From positions 1 through 52,237 of IMG/VR virus record IMGVR_UViG_3300025087_000090: DNA of 52,237 nt. One strand, given 5' to 3'. The stretch comes from a virus (Duplodnaviria > Caudoviricetes). This document shows positions 26,676 through 37,025 of the stretch, in pieces (positions within the stretch are counted from its first letter, which is position 1; every line of letters starts with the position of its first letter). The translations under genes and the position numbers were made by a program. The notes under the pieces are model-generated. The model made no database searches and had not been told where the DNA came from. It saw only the letters and a program-made list of their open reading frames with translations.

Positions 26676-28796
26676 CTATTCTTCTTTAACTGACCACAGA
26701 TATTGCAAAATAGTATCACCAGCATTTGCACACTCGCCAGTGAGTTTAATGGTTACGTCAGCGGTTGTGTCCTCTAAGGGATATACAACTCCACTATTTA
26801 CTGTTGCTGGTGCGCCGTCTACTGTAAGTCTCCAAAAGAGAGCTTGGGCTCCGGTAGTAATGTTCCAAACTTTTACCTCAAGCTGCCAAGAGGTGGTAAG
26901 TGCCCCAGCAGGAAAAACGGATACAACTTCTGAGCCAAAATAGAACTTAATCGTTTTATCCCCAGCAGCTCCTGTAACAGTGCCAGAGGCATAGACGCTT
27001 ATACCACCATGGGTAGACAACAGGCTCGCCGGCAAAGTAACAGAGTTTAAATCATCCTCTCCAGTACCACTGGTTTCTACCTCTTCACCAACAGAGGCAA
27101 GGACAAACCGTCTCCGATCTAAGACCAAATCTGTATTTATGTTGATCCGAGAGTCTGTATCAAGATAATAGCTATTACTATTCATATCTGTCCATACTCT
27201 GTTCCGTGGACAAGTGGCAGTATCAATAGTAATCTCTTGGGCAACAAGAGAGAAGTTATTGTTGGTAATCAAATGAGTATGAGGCCCAAGAACCGGACCC
27301 TCTATTTCAATTCCAGTTCCTCCATCGGTATTATTGGTAAAAATACAATCATTAACAGTCATAAACCCATGACCAGCAAAGTGAATACCAATATCACCAG
27401 CCACCATGTACTCAGCGATCATTACGTTTTGAATCGTAATATCCTGGTTTGGAAATCCATCAGCTCCATCAAATCCACTAATCTTAAATGCTTTAGTGGA
27501 ATAAGTCCCAGCCTCTTGACTCTTCTCACACTTGCCACCTATAAAGAGGATGTTGTGATTCCCACCAGTGTCCGTCCCGGCTGCACTTGAGTCGATCCAA
27601 ACATCATCACCATAGTTGATCTCACCGTGGAAGGAGTAGAATCTTAAATTATTACAATTCCCTACCGTTCCGTTATAAATATGGAGCCCAACTTTCCCTG
27701 TTCCTTGAGCGCCACAACTTTCAACTTCAAGATCATAAAAGGAGCTATCCCATACTTGCTCCATATAGACCCCATCATCATAGCACTCATTAACCCAAAC
27801 ATTTCGAGAGCGAAAATTAGAGACCCACTTCAGAGACAATCCTATAACTGTCTCTTGTTGACCATCTAAAGCAATGTCATTTATCTGACAACTATCAACA
27901 GGCGTCGCAGCAGCCACACCCTCAAAGGCTATGAGCGCACCAGTTCCAGCAGCAGACTTGATTGAAGTTCCAAGAATGGTTCCTAAACCATCAGTTGCTT
28001 CTGCTTTGCCATTGAGGAGCACACCAGCGTCGGAGACTACAACCTCTCCAGGGGTTACAAGATAAGCTCCAAAGTCGAAATCTACTATACCACCAATGGT
28101 CGACATTGAGGCGATGGCTGCTTTAATGGGGTCGGTGCAATCAGTAGTCCCATCACCTACAGCACCAAACCACTCTGGATAAGCTTTATCTAACCCTGCA
28201 ACAGCTCCGGTTCCAGTCAGAGTAAAACACTGATACCTACCAGCCTCGAAGTTATTTCCAGCAAAGGTGAGAGTCTTTGTGTTGGCTATTTGAATATCTG
28301 CACCAAATTGTGCAAAAACATAACAAGTGCTCGGCACACTCAAATCTGCTGCAACTGGCCAAGCACCTCGGGGGATTACGAGAAAATGTTCATTCGTACT
28401 CGCAGCAGCTACAGCAGCGGTGAGAGAGGCAAACCAATGAGGCTTTATTTCTTGTTTAAAAGTAGATTGAAAGATTACAGAACCATTTCCTGTGAAGAAC
28501 TGAGATTGAGGACCGTTGATAGGACAGCCTATTGTCAGAGTAACACCAAGGTCTATAGAGATCATAGAGCCGGCTTCTCTTTCAATGCTCATTCCAGTTG
28601 GGATAGTGAGGTTGGTGGAGAGCTTGTAAGTCCCATGGGGGAAGTAGATGGTTCCTGTATTACTCTGGTTAGCCTTTATCAACTCTATCGAGGCTGCAAT
28701 ATCCACAACCCCTGTGTTATCACAAGAGTATGGACTTGCCATGACACTGGTGTAGGGGTATAATTTATGATGCTCTGTAGTGGTAGGATAGGCCAT
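26676..28796 (-). CDS. Tailspike with a pectate-lyase-like beta-helix (putative depolymerase)
   Basis: PEWFGAVGDGTTDCT, TIYFPHGTY, Asn-rich beta-helix rungs. Confidence 0.78.
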   Translation of the reverse strand: MAYPTTTEHHKLYPYTSVMASPYSCDNTGVVDIAASIELIKANQSNTGTIYFPHGTYKLSTNLTIPTGMSIEREAGSMISIDLGVTLTIGCPINGPQSQFFTGNGSVIFQSTFKQEIKPHWFASLTAAVAAASTNEHFLVIPRGAWPVAADLSVPSTCYVFAQFGADIQIANTKTLTFAGNNFEAGRYQCFTLTGTGAVAGLDKAYPEWFGAVGDGTTDCTDPIKAAIASMSTIGGIVDFDFGAYLVTPGEVVVSDAGVLLNGKAEATDGLGTILGTSIKSAAGTGALIAFEGVAAATPVDSCQINDIALDGQQETVIGLSLKWVSNFRSRNVWVNECYDDGVYMEQVWDSSFYDLEVESCGAQGTGKVGLHIYNGTVGNCNNLRFYSFHGEINYGDDVWIDSSAAGTDTGGNHNILFIGGKCEKSQEAGTYSTKAFKISGFDGADGFPNQDITIQNVMIAEYMVAGDIGIHFAGHGFMTVNDCIFTNNTDGGTGIEIEGPVLGPHTHLITNNNFSLVAQEITIDTATCPRNRVWTDMNSNSYYLDTDSRININTDLVLDRRRFVLASVGEEVETSGTGEDDLNSVTLPASLLSTHGGISVYASGTVTGAAGDKTIKFYFGSEVVSVFPAGALTTSWQLEVKVWNITTGAQALFWRLTVDGAPATVNSGVVYPLEDTTADVTIKLTGECANAGDTILQYLWSVKEE

Positions 28797-28805
28797 TTTG
28801 ATCTC

Positions 28806-28967
28806 CTAAGTCGTACTTACCCAATAGTCTCCGCCTGCACTTGAGACCCAATAATCTCCACCAGCTGAGGAGACCCAAATGGTGTCAGGGAGTGCACTTG
28901 ATTCTTCGAGAGTGAGTTCTACTTTGCCACTAATAGGTCTCAGCTTTTTACCTTTCCTCTTTTCCAT
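28806..28967 (-). CDS. 53-aa protein with a WVSSAGGDY tandem repeat
   Basis: MEKRKGKK...IWVSSAGGDYWVSSAGGDYWVSTT; fills the gap between structural genes. Confidence 0.6.
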   Translation of the reverse strand: MEKRKGKKLRPISGKVELTLEESSALPDTIWVSSAGGDYWVSSAGGDYWVSTT

Positions 28968-28979
28968 CACACACCACCA

Positions 28980-29306
28980 TTAATCATATTCAAAAATAAT
29001 CCTAACATTTGCAGCGGTGTCCCACACATTCTCACCAGCAGCAGGGGCTTTGATATAGGGCTTGTAGGTGAGACCAGTTTGGATGTACTCCTTTACTACC
29101 CCACCAGTGGTAGAATTCAACTTAGTAATAACCGTCCCTGTAGCTGAGCCATCCCTAACCTCAAGTACATCATTTGCAGCAGAGGGATAGAATAGAATTC
29201 CAGTAAGCCTCACTCCGTTGGTGAAAACAGAAGTGATGTCATAAGCAGTGGCCCCATCAGGTACAATATGAATCTTTCCAGGAGCATAGGTTATTGTATT
29301 AGCCAT
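28980..29306 (-). CDS. Virion structural protein
   Basis: SD GGAGGA; small beta protein in the head/tail cluster. Confidence 0.55.
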   Translation of the reverse strand: MANTITYAPGKIHIVPDGATAYDITSVFTNGVRLTGILFYPSAANDVLEVRDGSATGTVITKLNSTTGGVVKEYIQTGLTYKPYIKAPAAGENVWDTAANVRIIFEYD

Positions 29307-29315
29307 ATCATCCTC

Positions 29316-29669
29316 CTACATGTTGTCAAGCTGTGCTTTTGATTCAAGAGCTCTTCGCTCTTGGTGACCAAAGTCAGTTTCATAGACTTTAATGTCTTTA
29401 CCACAGTCAGAGGGTAGAGGTGGTAGGTTCTTATATTTCCTCCTCACCATAGCATCATGGGCCTCTGCCCGAGCCATCCTTTGTTTCCAATCAGGAAGCC
29501 TGTGAGTGGCTCGTTCGTCAAAGATTTCGTAGATAATGGCTGGAGCAGAGATCACTCTTGTCCCCACTCCAGCACAGAGTGGACATTGAGAGGTTGGAAT
29601 GTCTTGGATAGAGAGTTCCAACCTCTCAAAGAGGTTTCCACAATTACATTGGTACTCGTAGATTGGCAC
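29316..29669 (-). CDS. FmdB-family zinc-ribbon protein
   Basis: MPIYEYQCNCGNLFE...CPLC...RVISAP. Confidence 0.75.
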   Translation of the reverse strand: MPIYEYQCNCGNLFERLELSIQDIPTSQCPLCAGVGTRVISAPAIIYEIFDERATHRLPDWKQRMARAEAHDAMVRRKYKNLPPLPSDCGKDIKVYETDFGHQERRALESKAQLDNM

Positions 29670-29678
29670 AAAAACTCC

Positions 29679-30659
29679 TTATGCAGCAATTTCTACAGAC
29701 TTGCCAGTGGTAGCCGCAGTCGGTACAGCACCTTGGACATAGATGTTCAGGTTGGCACCACCAACAGCGGTGACGTTGATCGAAGCGTGGTCGATGATCA
29801 AAACATCACCATCAGTCTGAGCTGCTGCAAAATTAACAGCATCAGCAGGATCTGCGGTGGCTAAGACACAGTTCCAGAAGATGGGACGAATGAAGAGCAA
29901 ACGCCGTTCAACATCAGTGGCGTTTGGGCCATAGACAAAACAAACGTCCACATGAGCCGCTTTCCGCAAGAAAGTGCAGTCAACAAAGGAGCAATCTCGA
30001 GCTACCTTACCAGAAATTATCTCTCTGGTGAGCAGAACATTAGGCAGCTCTATACCAGCTGCGCCCTTTTCGTTTACTAAATCCCCAAAGGTGCAACCAT
30101 AGAACTGACTGGAATCACCATTGAGGAGAACTTCCGCAGTGAGGTCGGTGGTGAGCAAGGCAGACTTATAGAACTCACAGTTGTTGTACCGAGTATACTC
30201 ACCAGCCTCGGCCACGGTAAAAAGGTTTGTAGCTAAGGTGTTAGAGTTGCTAAACTTAATACCCGTGAAGGTGTTCCTAACACCTGTGTTCTTCAACGTA
30301 GCAATATCCGTAGCTGCTGTAGTAACACCAAGACTAACTCTTGCACCAGCCCCATAACCCAACCCAGGAGGCGGTCCATTACAACCAAATACATGGACAC
30401 GGCTCTTGGAGAAGTCGATCATGGCTGTTTCGACAACCTCAGCATAGCCATTGATGAAGATATAGTCGTTGTTGTTAGTGGTACAAGCATCATGGGCAGC
30501 GCTGAGGGTTTTAAACGGAGTCTCAGGAGACTTACCATCCCATGCATCACTACCAGCACCATAATCAACAAACCAAATGTTGCCAAAGGTCGGAGGAATC
30601 CCACCAAATGCAGGCATCCCAAACGAGGTAATTCCATTAGGAAAGTTAGTGTAGCCCAT
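29679..30659 (-). CDS. Head fibre/decoration protein with a beta-helix
   Basis: TNFPNGITSFG, WFVD..GSD..DGKSP..PFKT; directly after the MCP. Confidence 0.6.
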   Translation of the reverse strand: MGYTNFPNGITSFGMPAFGGIPPTFGNIWFVDYGAGSDAWDGKSPETPFKTLSAAHDACTTNNNDYIFINGYAEVVETAMIDFSKSRVHVFGCNGPPPGLGYGAGARVSLGVTTAATDIATLKNTGVRNTFTGIKFSNSNTLATNLFTVAEAGEYTRYNNCEFYKSALLTTDLTAEVLLNGDSSQFYGCTFGDLVNEKGAAGIELPNVLLTREIISGKVARDCSFVDCTFLRKAAHVDVCFVYGPNATDVERRLLFIRPIFWNCVLATADPADAVNFAAAQTDGDVLIIDHASINVTAVGGANLNIYVQGAVPTAATTGKSVEIAA

Positions 30660-30670
30660 AACGATACCCC

Positions 30671-31585
30671 CTATGCTCCAGCATTGCCATACAGGCCGAT
30701 GGGGTAATTAATCTCCGTCGAGATACGAAAACGAGTTTTAAACTTAGCATCGCCCGTGTCGAAGTCGCCCTCTTTGCCAAAGGTTACGCCGACACGCTCG
30801 AAGTGGATGAGCCCAGTGGACATACGAGCATTATCCCCAATGAGGAACCATGCGGTGGAGGAGGTCAGATACGGCCAAACCACCAAGCGCAGGGAGGGAC
30901 GAGCCCGTTTAGTAGCGTTAATAACGTTGTTGGCATTTTCAGGATTGCCAACAGATTCGAGGAGCTCAAGGGCCTTGTACTCAAGAGCCGGCGGGACGAG
31001 AAGGGTCATGGGAGTCTGCATAATCTTCTTCCCACGGTTGTCAACCTGAGATTCAAAGGCCAAGATAGCGTTCTGGAGGGTGGAGTAAGAGAGAGCAGAG
31101 GCAGTAGCGAGGTTGCTCCAAGTACCTCCGTCGAGGCGGACATGGGTGCCATAGAAAATAGCAAGACCACCGCCAGTGGTGTGGTAAGTCGTCACAAAGC
31201 CAGTGTTGAAAATCTCAGCAACGGCAATATGACGAGTCTCACGAGCGGAAACTCCAAGCTCCCGAGCACCGTCTTTCATCACGTTGTAGAGATCGTCTTC
31301 AATGGCCTCCTCAGTGATCCGCATCCCAAGAGCATAAGTATCATGCACCCAGGTTTTCTTCGGACCTTGAATACGAGCGTCGAAGGTAACAGGATCACCC
31401 TCACCCTTCTTAGGAACAGTCCCAAGACCGGAGAGATATGAACACTCTTCCTTGGCCTTTTCAGACCGTTCGACCTTAACCAAATCCCGCCATACCTCCG
31501 GGTAGCGTTTGTACTCTTCGGTCATAAGAGCAAACAGCCCCGGGACATATGCCTGGGAGAACATGGACCGATTTTCACGAGACAT
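30671..31585 (-). CDS. Major capsid protein (HK97 fold, Mu gpT-like)
   Basis: PGL, SGLG...K.EG..V.FD, YALG..ITEEAIEDDLY, LLVPPALE, WPYLTSSTAWFL, DFDTGD.KFK. Confidence 0.88.
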   Translation of the reverse strand: MSRENRSMFSQAYVPGLFALMTEEYKRYPEVWRDLVKVERSEKAKEECSYLSGLGTVPKKGEGDPVTFDARIQGPKKTWVHDTYALGMRITEEAIEDDLYNVMKDGARELGVSARETRHIAVAEIFNTGFVTTYHTTGGGLAIFYGTHVRLDGGTWSNLATASALSYSTLQNAILAFESQVDNRGKKIMQTPMTLLVPPALEYKALELLESVGNPENANNVINATKRARPSLRLVVWPYLTSSTAWFLIGDNARMSTGLIHFERVGVTFGKEGDFDTGDAKFKTRFRISTEINYPIGLYGNAGA

Positions 31586-31603
31586 AGTTTAATCCTCCCT
31601 CGC

Positions 31604-32233
31604 CTACGCTAATGCCACGGCCAGAGAGCCGGACCCAAGTTGAGAGTTGAAAATACGAACAATCCATTTGCCATAGTTCGAGGCTGCGCCAGCGGCAGAG
31701 ACTGCCATATAAGCACCGGCGTCGATGTCATAGTGGTTCACAGCGGGGAAGATGAGCTGGATGGGACGAGTAGCAGTGTTATCTGCCGAGTCGGAGTCGA
31801 TTTGACAATTGCCAATACCAGTGGTGGTGTTGGCGGTGCCAAAGGCTACGTCACAAGCACCCCAGTTGTCGGTGATCATCAAGCTCGAAGTGTCTCCATC
31901 CTCCATCATGATGAAGAAGAGGTTGGGGTCCATGGTGACAAGAGCGAAGTATTCATACGTAGCCCCAGGAGAAGCGCCCATGTACTGAACAGGAAAAAGC
32001 CGTTCAGACCGCAGACTCTTGGGAGTCTCTTGACGATAAAGTCCCAAAATAACACCCAACCAAGCACCAGTGGTACCACCACGCTCAATCCGACCTGCGG
32101 TTACGCCAATAGCAGGGTCGAAATGGTAGAGAGCAGTGCCATAGTTATTGGTAATGGGCAGAATCATTGCCGTTTTTTGGGCCTCTGCCATATACAGAGG
32201 CTTGATCCCAATAGGGATATTGGTGTTGGCCAC
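31604..32233 (-). CDS. Capsid cement/minor head protein
   Basis: MANTN.P.G.KP N-terminus, immediately upstream of the MCP. Confidence 0.6.
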   Translation of the reverse strand: MANTNIPIGIKPLYMAEAQKTAMILPITNNYGTALYHFDPAIGVTAGRIERGGTTGAWLGVILGLYRQETPKSLRSERLFPVQYMGASPGATYEYFALVTMDPNLFFIMMEDGDTSSLMITDNWGACDVAFGTANTTTGIGNCQIDSDSADNTATRPIQLIFPAVNHYDIDAGAYMAVSAAGAASNYGKWIVRIFNSQLGSGSLAVALA

Positions 32234-32250
32234 TTTTAGTACCTCTCTTT

Positions 32251-32271
32251 AGTGTTCAAAATCTGAACACT
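32251..32271. promoter_or_regulatory. 21-bp palindromic element, copy 3
   Basis: AGTGTTCAAAATCTGAACACT; on the minus strand it precedes SD GAGAGG of the 32233 gene. Confidence 0.8.
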
Positions 32272-32272
32272 T

Positions 32273-32848
32273 TTATTTTCCTTGAAGATTTCCAGGTTTT
32301 AAGTCTTTAGCTTCTGGAGCATGGACGCCAGCTTCTTCATAGGCATAGACATCAATGCCAGAGCCTCCACGGTCCTCTTCGGATTTAGTGTAAGTAATCT
32401 CATAGCCCCTATCTTGCTTTCCAGCAGAGATAGAAGAAACGTTCTCTGCATGCCTTTGTACTGGATAGGTTCTGAGCTTATCATCTAAATCCTTAGGACG
32501 AAACATTAAAAACATTCCTTGCCGTTCTACAGCTCCATGGTCTCTGAAATCACGATCGTTGATTTTGCCCTTTGTACAAGAGCTGGTCCGAGTAACGATC
32601 TTGAAATGACCAACCTCCATAGCTCTGTAGCGTCCGATGTCGTCTCTAAGATCGACCCATGCGAATCCATACTCCTTTTGGTTGCACCAGCTGGGAAACT
32701 CATGGGGGTCTCTGTGTCTGTATTCAACCTCAATCTCTGAGGCTGTAGGAAAATCCTCATCATCTTGATCCATGACCATGCGGTTGATAAAATCCTTATC
32801 ATTCGGCTTGGTCAACGCTTTATCCAGAACTTCTCTCTCTTTAGCCAT
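32273..32848 (-). CDS. Conserved head-module protein
   Basis: Between scaffold and capsid genes; SD AAGGAGG. Confidence 0.55.
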   Translation of the reverse strand: MAKEREVLDKALTKPNDKDFINRMVMDQDDEDFPTASEIEVEYRHRDPHEFPSWCNQKEYGFAWVDLRDDIGRYRAMEVGHFKIVTRTSSCTKGKINDRDFRDHGAVERQGMFLMFRPKDLDDKLRTYPVQRHAENVSSISAGKQDRGYEITYTKSEEDRGGSGIDVYAYEEAGVHAPEAKDLKPGNLQGK

Positions 32849-32849
32849 T

Positions 32850-33650
32850 TTAAGACCTCCTTACAAACTTAGCATAGGTTTCGGGTTTTACTCCAAACTT
32901 CCGTGCTGCATCTAATTGGACCTGAGTAAGCCCATGCCCTTTGCCAACCTTCTCAGAGGTCCGAGTTCTATCAAGAACTCTCTTGTTAACGACATCCTTC
33001 GTCCCTTTGGGTTTGTCACCCTCTTTAGACTTAGCCTTAGCTGCGTTGGTGAGTCGATATATTGCATAAGCTGCAAGTTTGCCAATGGGATGGTCTCTGA
33101 GGCCTAAGTTCCCTGCCATCTCCTCAAGGCCAACTCCAATCTTTGGATTTGCAGCAAGGTAGCCATCTTCGTCATCAGCGAGGACTCTATTAGCAACTCC
33201 AGAGAGCTCAGAAGACCAACGCTGATGGTTCATGTCCTTTACAGTGGAGTCCTTAATCTCCAAAGCCTTTTGTTCGGAGAGGTATTCTATTACATTAAGG
33301 AGCACCTCAGGGTCATCTTTATGCTCTGTGAGAATCTTGGCAATTTGACTCCGAGTGAGCTTTTCAGATTTTTCCTCAGTTGCTTTCTTAGGCTCTTCTC
33401 TCCGAGTGGAAAGTTTAATAATTTGATCTTTGAGTTCACCAATCTCTCTTCTAAGTTGATCAGCCTCTTTTACATCTGATTCAACCTCTTTGTCCTCCCC
33501 TTCGACTTCAACCTCAAAGTCCTCCTCAGTTGTTTCAGGTGTAGTCTCAGCCTCAGTTTTCTCCTCAGTTTCAACCTCAATTTCATCTACAGAGAAACTT
33601 TGAGGCTCATAAATCTCTTCCTTTCTTGCAGCTTCGGTCTCGCCGGGCAT
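32850..33650 (-). CDS. Capsid scaffolding protein
   Basis: Very acidic N-terminus, coiled coil, basic C-terminus LT..Q...A.KFGV..E.YAK. Confidence 0.7.
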   Translation of the reverse strand: MPGETEAARKEEIYEPQSFSVDEIEVETEEKTEAETTPETTEEDFEVEVEGEDKEVESDVKEADQLRREIGELKDQIIKLSTRREEPKKATEEKSEKLTRSQIAKILTEHKDDPEVLLNVIEYLSEQKALEIKDSTVKDMNHQRWSSELSGVANRVLADDEDGYLAANPKIGVGLEEMAGNLGLRDHPIGKLAAYAIYRLTNAAKAKSKEGDKPKGTKDVVNKRVLDRTRTSEKVGKGHGLTQVQLDAARKFGVKPETYAKFVRRS

Positions 33651-33653
33651 GGA

Positions 33654-33962
33654 TTAGCTCCTTTTAAAGATTCTATCAAGAAGGCGTTTGAAGCGAGAGG
33701 AGTATTGTTTGTCAACAACGTCTACCTCCTCCGGCTTTACAGCCATCTGATGCTCGTAGTCATAAGTTATGTTGCGAAGTTGGTCTATACGACCTTTCAG
33801 TTCCACGAATTTGATAAAGGACTCAGGCTTTGAGCTATCGAGGAAGAACATTTGTTGAAAAGATTTAAGCATCTCATCCTCAATGAGATCCAAATAAACC
33901 TGCCATCCTGGATGGTTGAGGAGTTCTTGAAATTCCTCAAACCGCTCTTGGTTAGGTTCCAC
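33654..33962 (-). CDS. Conserved small protein downstream of the portal
   Basis: LLNHPGWQ motif; GTG start after GGAGGA. Confidence 0.6.
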   Translation of the reverse strand: MEPNQERFEEFQELLNHPGWQVYLDLIEDEMLKSFQQMFFLDSSKPESFIKFVELKGRIDQLRNITYDYEHQMAVKPEEVDVVDKQYSSRFKRLLDRIFKRS

Positions 33963-35925
33963 TCTTTTCCTCCTTTGGCGGGTTAAATTGCGCCTCTCCA
34001 GCTTGAGCACCAAGCTGAGAGATAAAAGTTTCAGCGTTTTTAGCGGTGAAGCCTTGGGCGACGGCTTGCTTGGCCATGTCCTCAGGGATGCCCATTTGGA
34101 CCATGGCTTTGATCTCTGCTTGTTGCATCATCCATTGCTGGACGATTTGAGCCAATTCGGGGTTGATGTACTCTTGAGCCTCTTTGCCATAAGAATGGAG
34201 GAGGTCCTTGACCACTTGCATGGGATTGAGGATGTCCATGAAGGGTTGCATAGTGGCGACGAGGGACTCTGTTTCTTGCCTGTCTACAAAGCGGTTGGAG
34301 GTGATGTCGGAGCCTACGAGTTCAAAGAGGAACTCGTCGGTAGAGGAGTACTTTAGAATAGGAGCCCCTGTGATTTTAATCTGATCCTCTATAGACATGT
34401 TAGAGACACAGAGGTCATGGATGTCTTTGAATAGTTCGACGAATTCTAAGTGAGTAAGCCCACCTCTGTACTCAAACTTAATCTTTCCCTCTTGGAGAAT
34501 AGCCAAAGTGCCAGTGGCAGTGGAGCCCTTCTTTCCAGCGACTTGAGACTCTCGACCTTGCATATAGTCAGTGACGTTGAGAGTACGCTCGAAGAAGGAT
34601 ATGAATTGCATGATGAGAGGGATGAATTGAGTTGGTTGGAACATGGAGAGGTTGGGGAAGTTAATGGCTTCGGGGTTGTCTATTTCGATGAGATTACCAG
34701 GGAAGACTTGGACTTTGTTTCTCTTGAGGCCAGACATGCCCCTCTTAATAAACCCCCATGGAGTCATGGTAATATCAGCCGAGTTGACACACCGATTCCA
34801 CATGGCGTCAACGCCAATTTGAATTCCACAGATGAGAGTATAGAGGGGATAGCCCCATGATATACCACGGCGTTTGAGGAATCTCATCCGTCGAATGGGC
34901 TTCTTGTTTTCGTCTATAACCTCTATTTGTTCTCGAATGCGGAAAATCTTAAAGGTGGTCCGCTCGACAAGAACTATGAGGTTCTCATCAATTTGATCGT
35001 CCCCAAAGAAGTCGTATTTGATATAAGCTTCGAGGAATTCAATGGGTTTTTGACGCTCGGTGTAGGATTGAAAGTAGTCTTGAACACCTTCGGTTTCTTG
35101 CTGAGTAGTCTTAAGCGTCTCAGTGGCGACGTACCGAGAGAGGTTCTCAGGAAGAACCCAACCTTCCTCGGTCTGAGCCCTCTGTTCCAACTCACCTATC
35201 GTGAGGTTGCCTATGTAGCGAATGACAGGAGCAGACTCCCAATCTTCATCATTGACGTCATCGGCCATCCAGACATACTCTACGGGGACCATCTGGATAT
35301 CAGGGCCTTGGGAAGTAAGCTCTTGGATTTGTTTGGAGTAACCGTTGGAGGCTGAAGGGTCTGGAACGTTGCGACGGATCTTTTTGCTCTCAACCTTCCA
35401 TCCGAGGACGACGAAGACGGTGCCGTCGATGAGCTTCTCATGGACTAAGTCGGGGACAAGACCCTTGACTTTCACTTTGTGCTCAAGGATGAAGTTGTCA
35501 AAGAGGTCTATCTGATGAGCCTCATCGTCAGTAGAAGCACCCAATAAACGTTTGGCCTTTATGTAAGGCTCTTTGCCTATGACAGCTGCAACGAGGCGAG
35601 GTTCAACTTCGTCGACTCCCATGGTGGTGAGGGGAGCTATCATGTTAGAAGCGTTGGGCCATGGGAAATCTGTCTTCTCTGTTTCTTGGTAGTAGGCCCT
35701 TCGACTCTCTTTAATAGTAGCAAGCATCTTGGCCCGGACGGGAGAGCCATCGAACTCATCGAAGAGAGAACGAATGTATAGAGAGAGCTTATTGAGCTTA
35801 TCCTCAAGCTCTCTTTGGGCCTCTGCTTGGAGTTGAGCCTCTTGCTCAGGATCAAGCATGGGGTCCATGGAAGGTTCAAGCTCTGAACCAAAGATGTTAC
35901 CTACTGGAGAAATTAAATCAGGCAT
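33952..35925 (-). CDS. Portal protein (P22-like)
   Basis: FPWPNASN, GYPL, STATG..AIL, Q-rich barrel tail, 657 aa, upstream of the scaffold. Confidence 0.85.
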   Translation of the reverse strand: MPDLISPVGNIFGSELEPSMDPMLDPEQEAQLQAEAQRELEDKLNKLSLYIRSLFDEFDGSPVRAKMLATIKESRRAYYQETEKTDFPWPNASNMIAPLTTMGVDEVEPRLVAAVIGKEPYIKAKRLLGASTDDEAHQIDLFDNFILEHKVKVKGLVPDLVHEKLIDGTVFVVLGWKVESKKIRRNVPDPSASNGYSKQIQELTSQGPDIQMVPVEYVWMADDVNDEDWESAPVIRYIGNLTIGELEQRAQTEEGWVLPENLSRYVATETLKTTQQETEGVQDYFQSYTERQKPIEFLEAYIKYDFFGDDQIDENLIVLVERTTFKIFRIREQIEVIDENKKPIRRMRFLKRRGISWGYPLYTLICGIQIGVDAMWNRCVNSADITMTPWGFIKRGMSGLKRNKVQVFPGNLIEIDNPEAINFPNLSMFQPTQFIPLIMQFISFFERTLNVTDYMQGRESQVAGKKGSTATGTLAILQEGKIKFEYRGGLTHLEFVELFKDIHDLCVSNMSIEDQIKITGAPILKYSSTDEFLFELVGSDITSNRFVDRQETESLVATMQPFMDILNPMQVVKDLLHSYGKEAQEYINPELAQIVQQWMMQQAEIKAMVQMGIPEDMAKQAVAQGFTAKNAETFISQLGAQAGEAQFNPPKEEKSGT

Positions 35926-36783
35926 TTAGTACCTCGATAGGATGTTCATAAGCTCTTGTATAGCATCTCGTTGGTCTGGAATGTTACCACCTTTTATACT
36001 ATTAGCAACATCCACTCCATGATAGCCAGAGGCGGTGTAGACATCCTTAAACCCTGGCTTGGCACGATACTCCCACCAGTATGGAGCAAGTACATCTTTG
36101 TTGAACTTGTTTAAAAGGGCGTGGCTAAAACCCTCGGCAAAGCCTTCTACAGAGGGCCTTGCAAACTCATCAAGATCACTTGTCCATCCTGCTAAGTTTC
36201 CAGAGCCACCAGTAAAAGCATGGGCTCCTTCATGGGCGTAAGAGATGGCAGGACTGGAGAGCTTCTTTTCAAGGGGGTGGGTATAATATTTTGGATACGT
36301 TAGAGTGATCTCTCCTGGCTTAGCTCCTATCAACTGTTCAGGGAGGTTTTTATACTGATCTCTGAAAGCGTCTTCGAGACCCGTGATCAAAGATGAGTTT
36401 CTCACAGACGGATAGCTCTCAGTGAGAGTCTCAAGAGCCCTTTTGTCAGACTTAGACAAACTTGCAAAATGTTCAGGGCTTAGTTTTTTAAGAAAAGGCT
36501 CTGTCCGTTTCCAAAGAGCTGCTATGGGGATTCCATAATCAGCTCCGGTTTCTGTCATGGCCTGAACCCCTTGAGCAACAGCCTTACCCACTTTACTCTC
36601 ATTCACCCATGTGGTGAAGTCTTGAGCTTGAATGTTCAACCCCTCCTGCCCTGGAATGGCAGTAGCCTCTGACAAAGCACCAAGAGCCCCCATGCCCTTT
36701 TGTTTCAAGACCTCAAGGCCCTTTTTGAAAAGCTCCATATCGGGCTTTTGGGTGAGGACTTCTGAGAGGTAGTCAAATGGCAT
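35926..36783 (-). CDS. Putative zincin-like metallopeptidase (HExxH)
   Basis: SYAHEGAHA with downstream EGFAEGF. Confidence 0.55.
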   Translation of the reverse strand: MPFDYLSEVLTQKPDMELFKKGLEVLKQKGMGALGALSEATAIPGQEGLNIQAQDFTTWVNESKVGKAVAQGVQAMTETGADYGIPIAALWKRTEPFLKKLSPEHFASLSKSDKRALETLTESYPSVRNSSLITGLEDAFRDQYKNLPEQLIGAKPGEITLTYPKYYTHPLEKKLSSPAISYAHEGAHAFTGGSGNLAGWTSDLDEFARPSVEGFAEGFSHALLNKFNKDVLAPYWWEYRAKPGFKDVYTASGYHGVDVANSIKGGNIPDQRDAIQELMNILSRY

Positions 36784-36794
36784 GGGACAGTCCT

Positions 36795-37025
36795 CTAAAG
36801 TGTTCGAAATATGAACACTTTTGTTTTCACTTGTGGCTTTATATCCTCAAGAGCCTCAAGAGCATCTTGGAGTCCCCAATAGGCGTCTTCGAGGGCGGAG
36901 ACGTTGAAGCGCTCTTTCTCGGAGGGAATCTCTTTAGAATAAACTGTCGCTGTCAACCCATCAATGAGCCATTGGAGAATGTGTTTGTATAGCCTAAGTT
37001 TCCAGTTAGACATGAGTATGCTCAA
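36795..37025 (-). CDS. Hypothetical protein
   Basis: Coupled ORF between terminase and portal. Confidence 0.45.
   Translation of the reverse strand: MSILMSNWKLRLYKHILQWLIDGLTATVYSKEIPSEKERFNVSALEDAYWGLQDALEALEDIKPQVKTKVFIFRTL
36799..36819. promoter_or_regulatory. 21-bp palindromic element, copy 4
   Basis: AGTGTTCGAAATATGAACACT; on the minus strand it precedes SD GAGGA of the 36783 gene. Confidence 0.75.
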
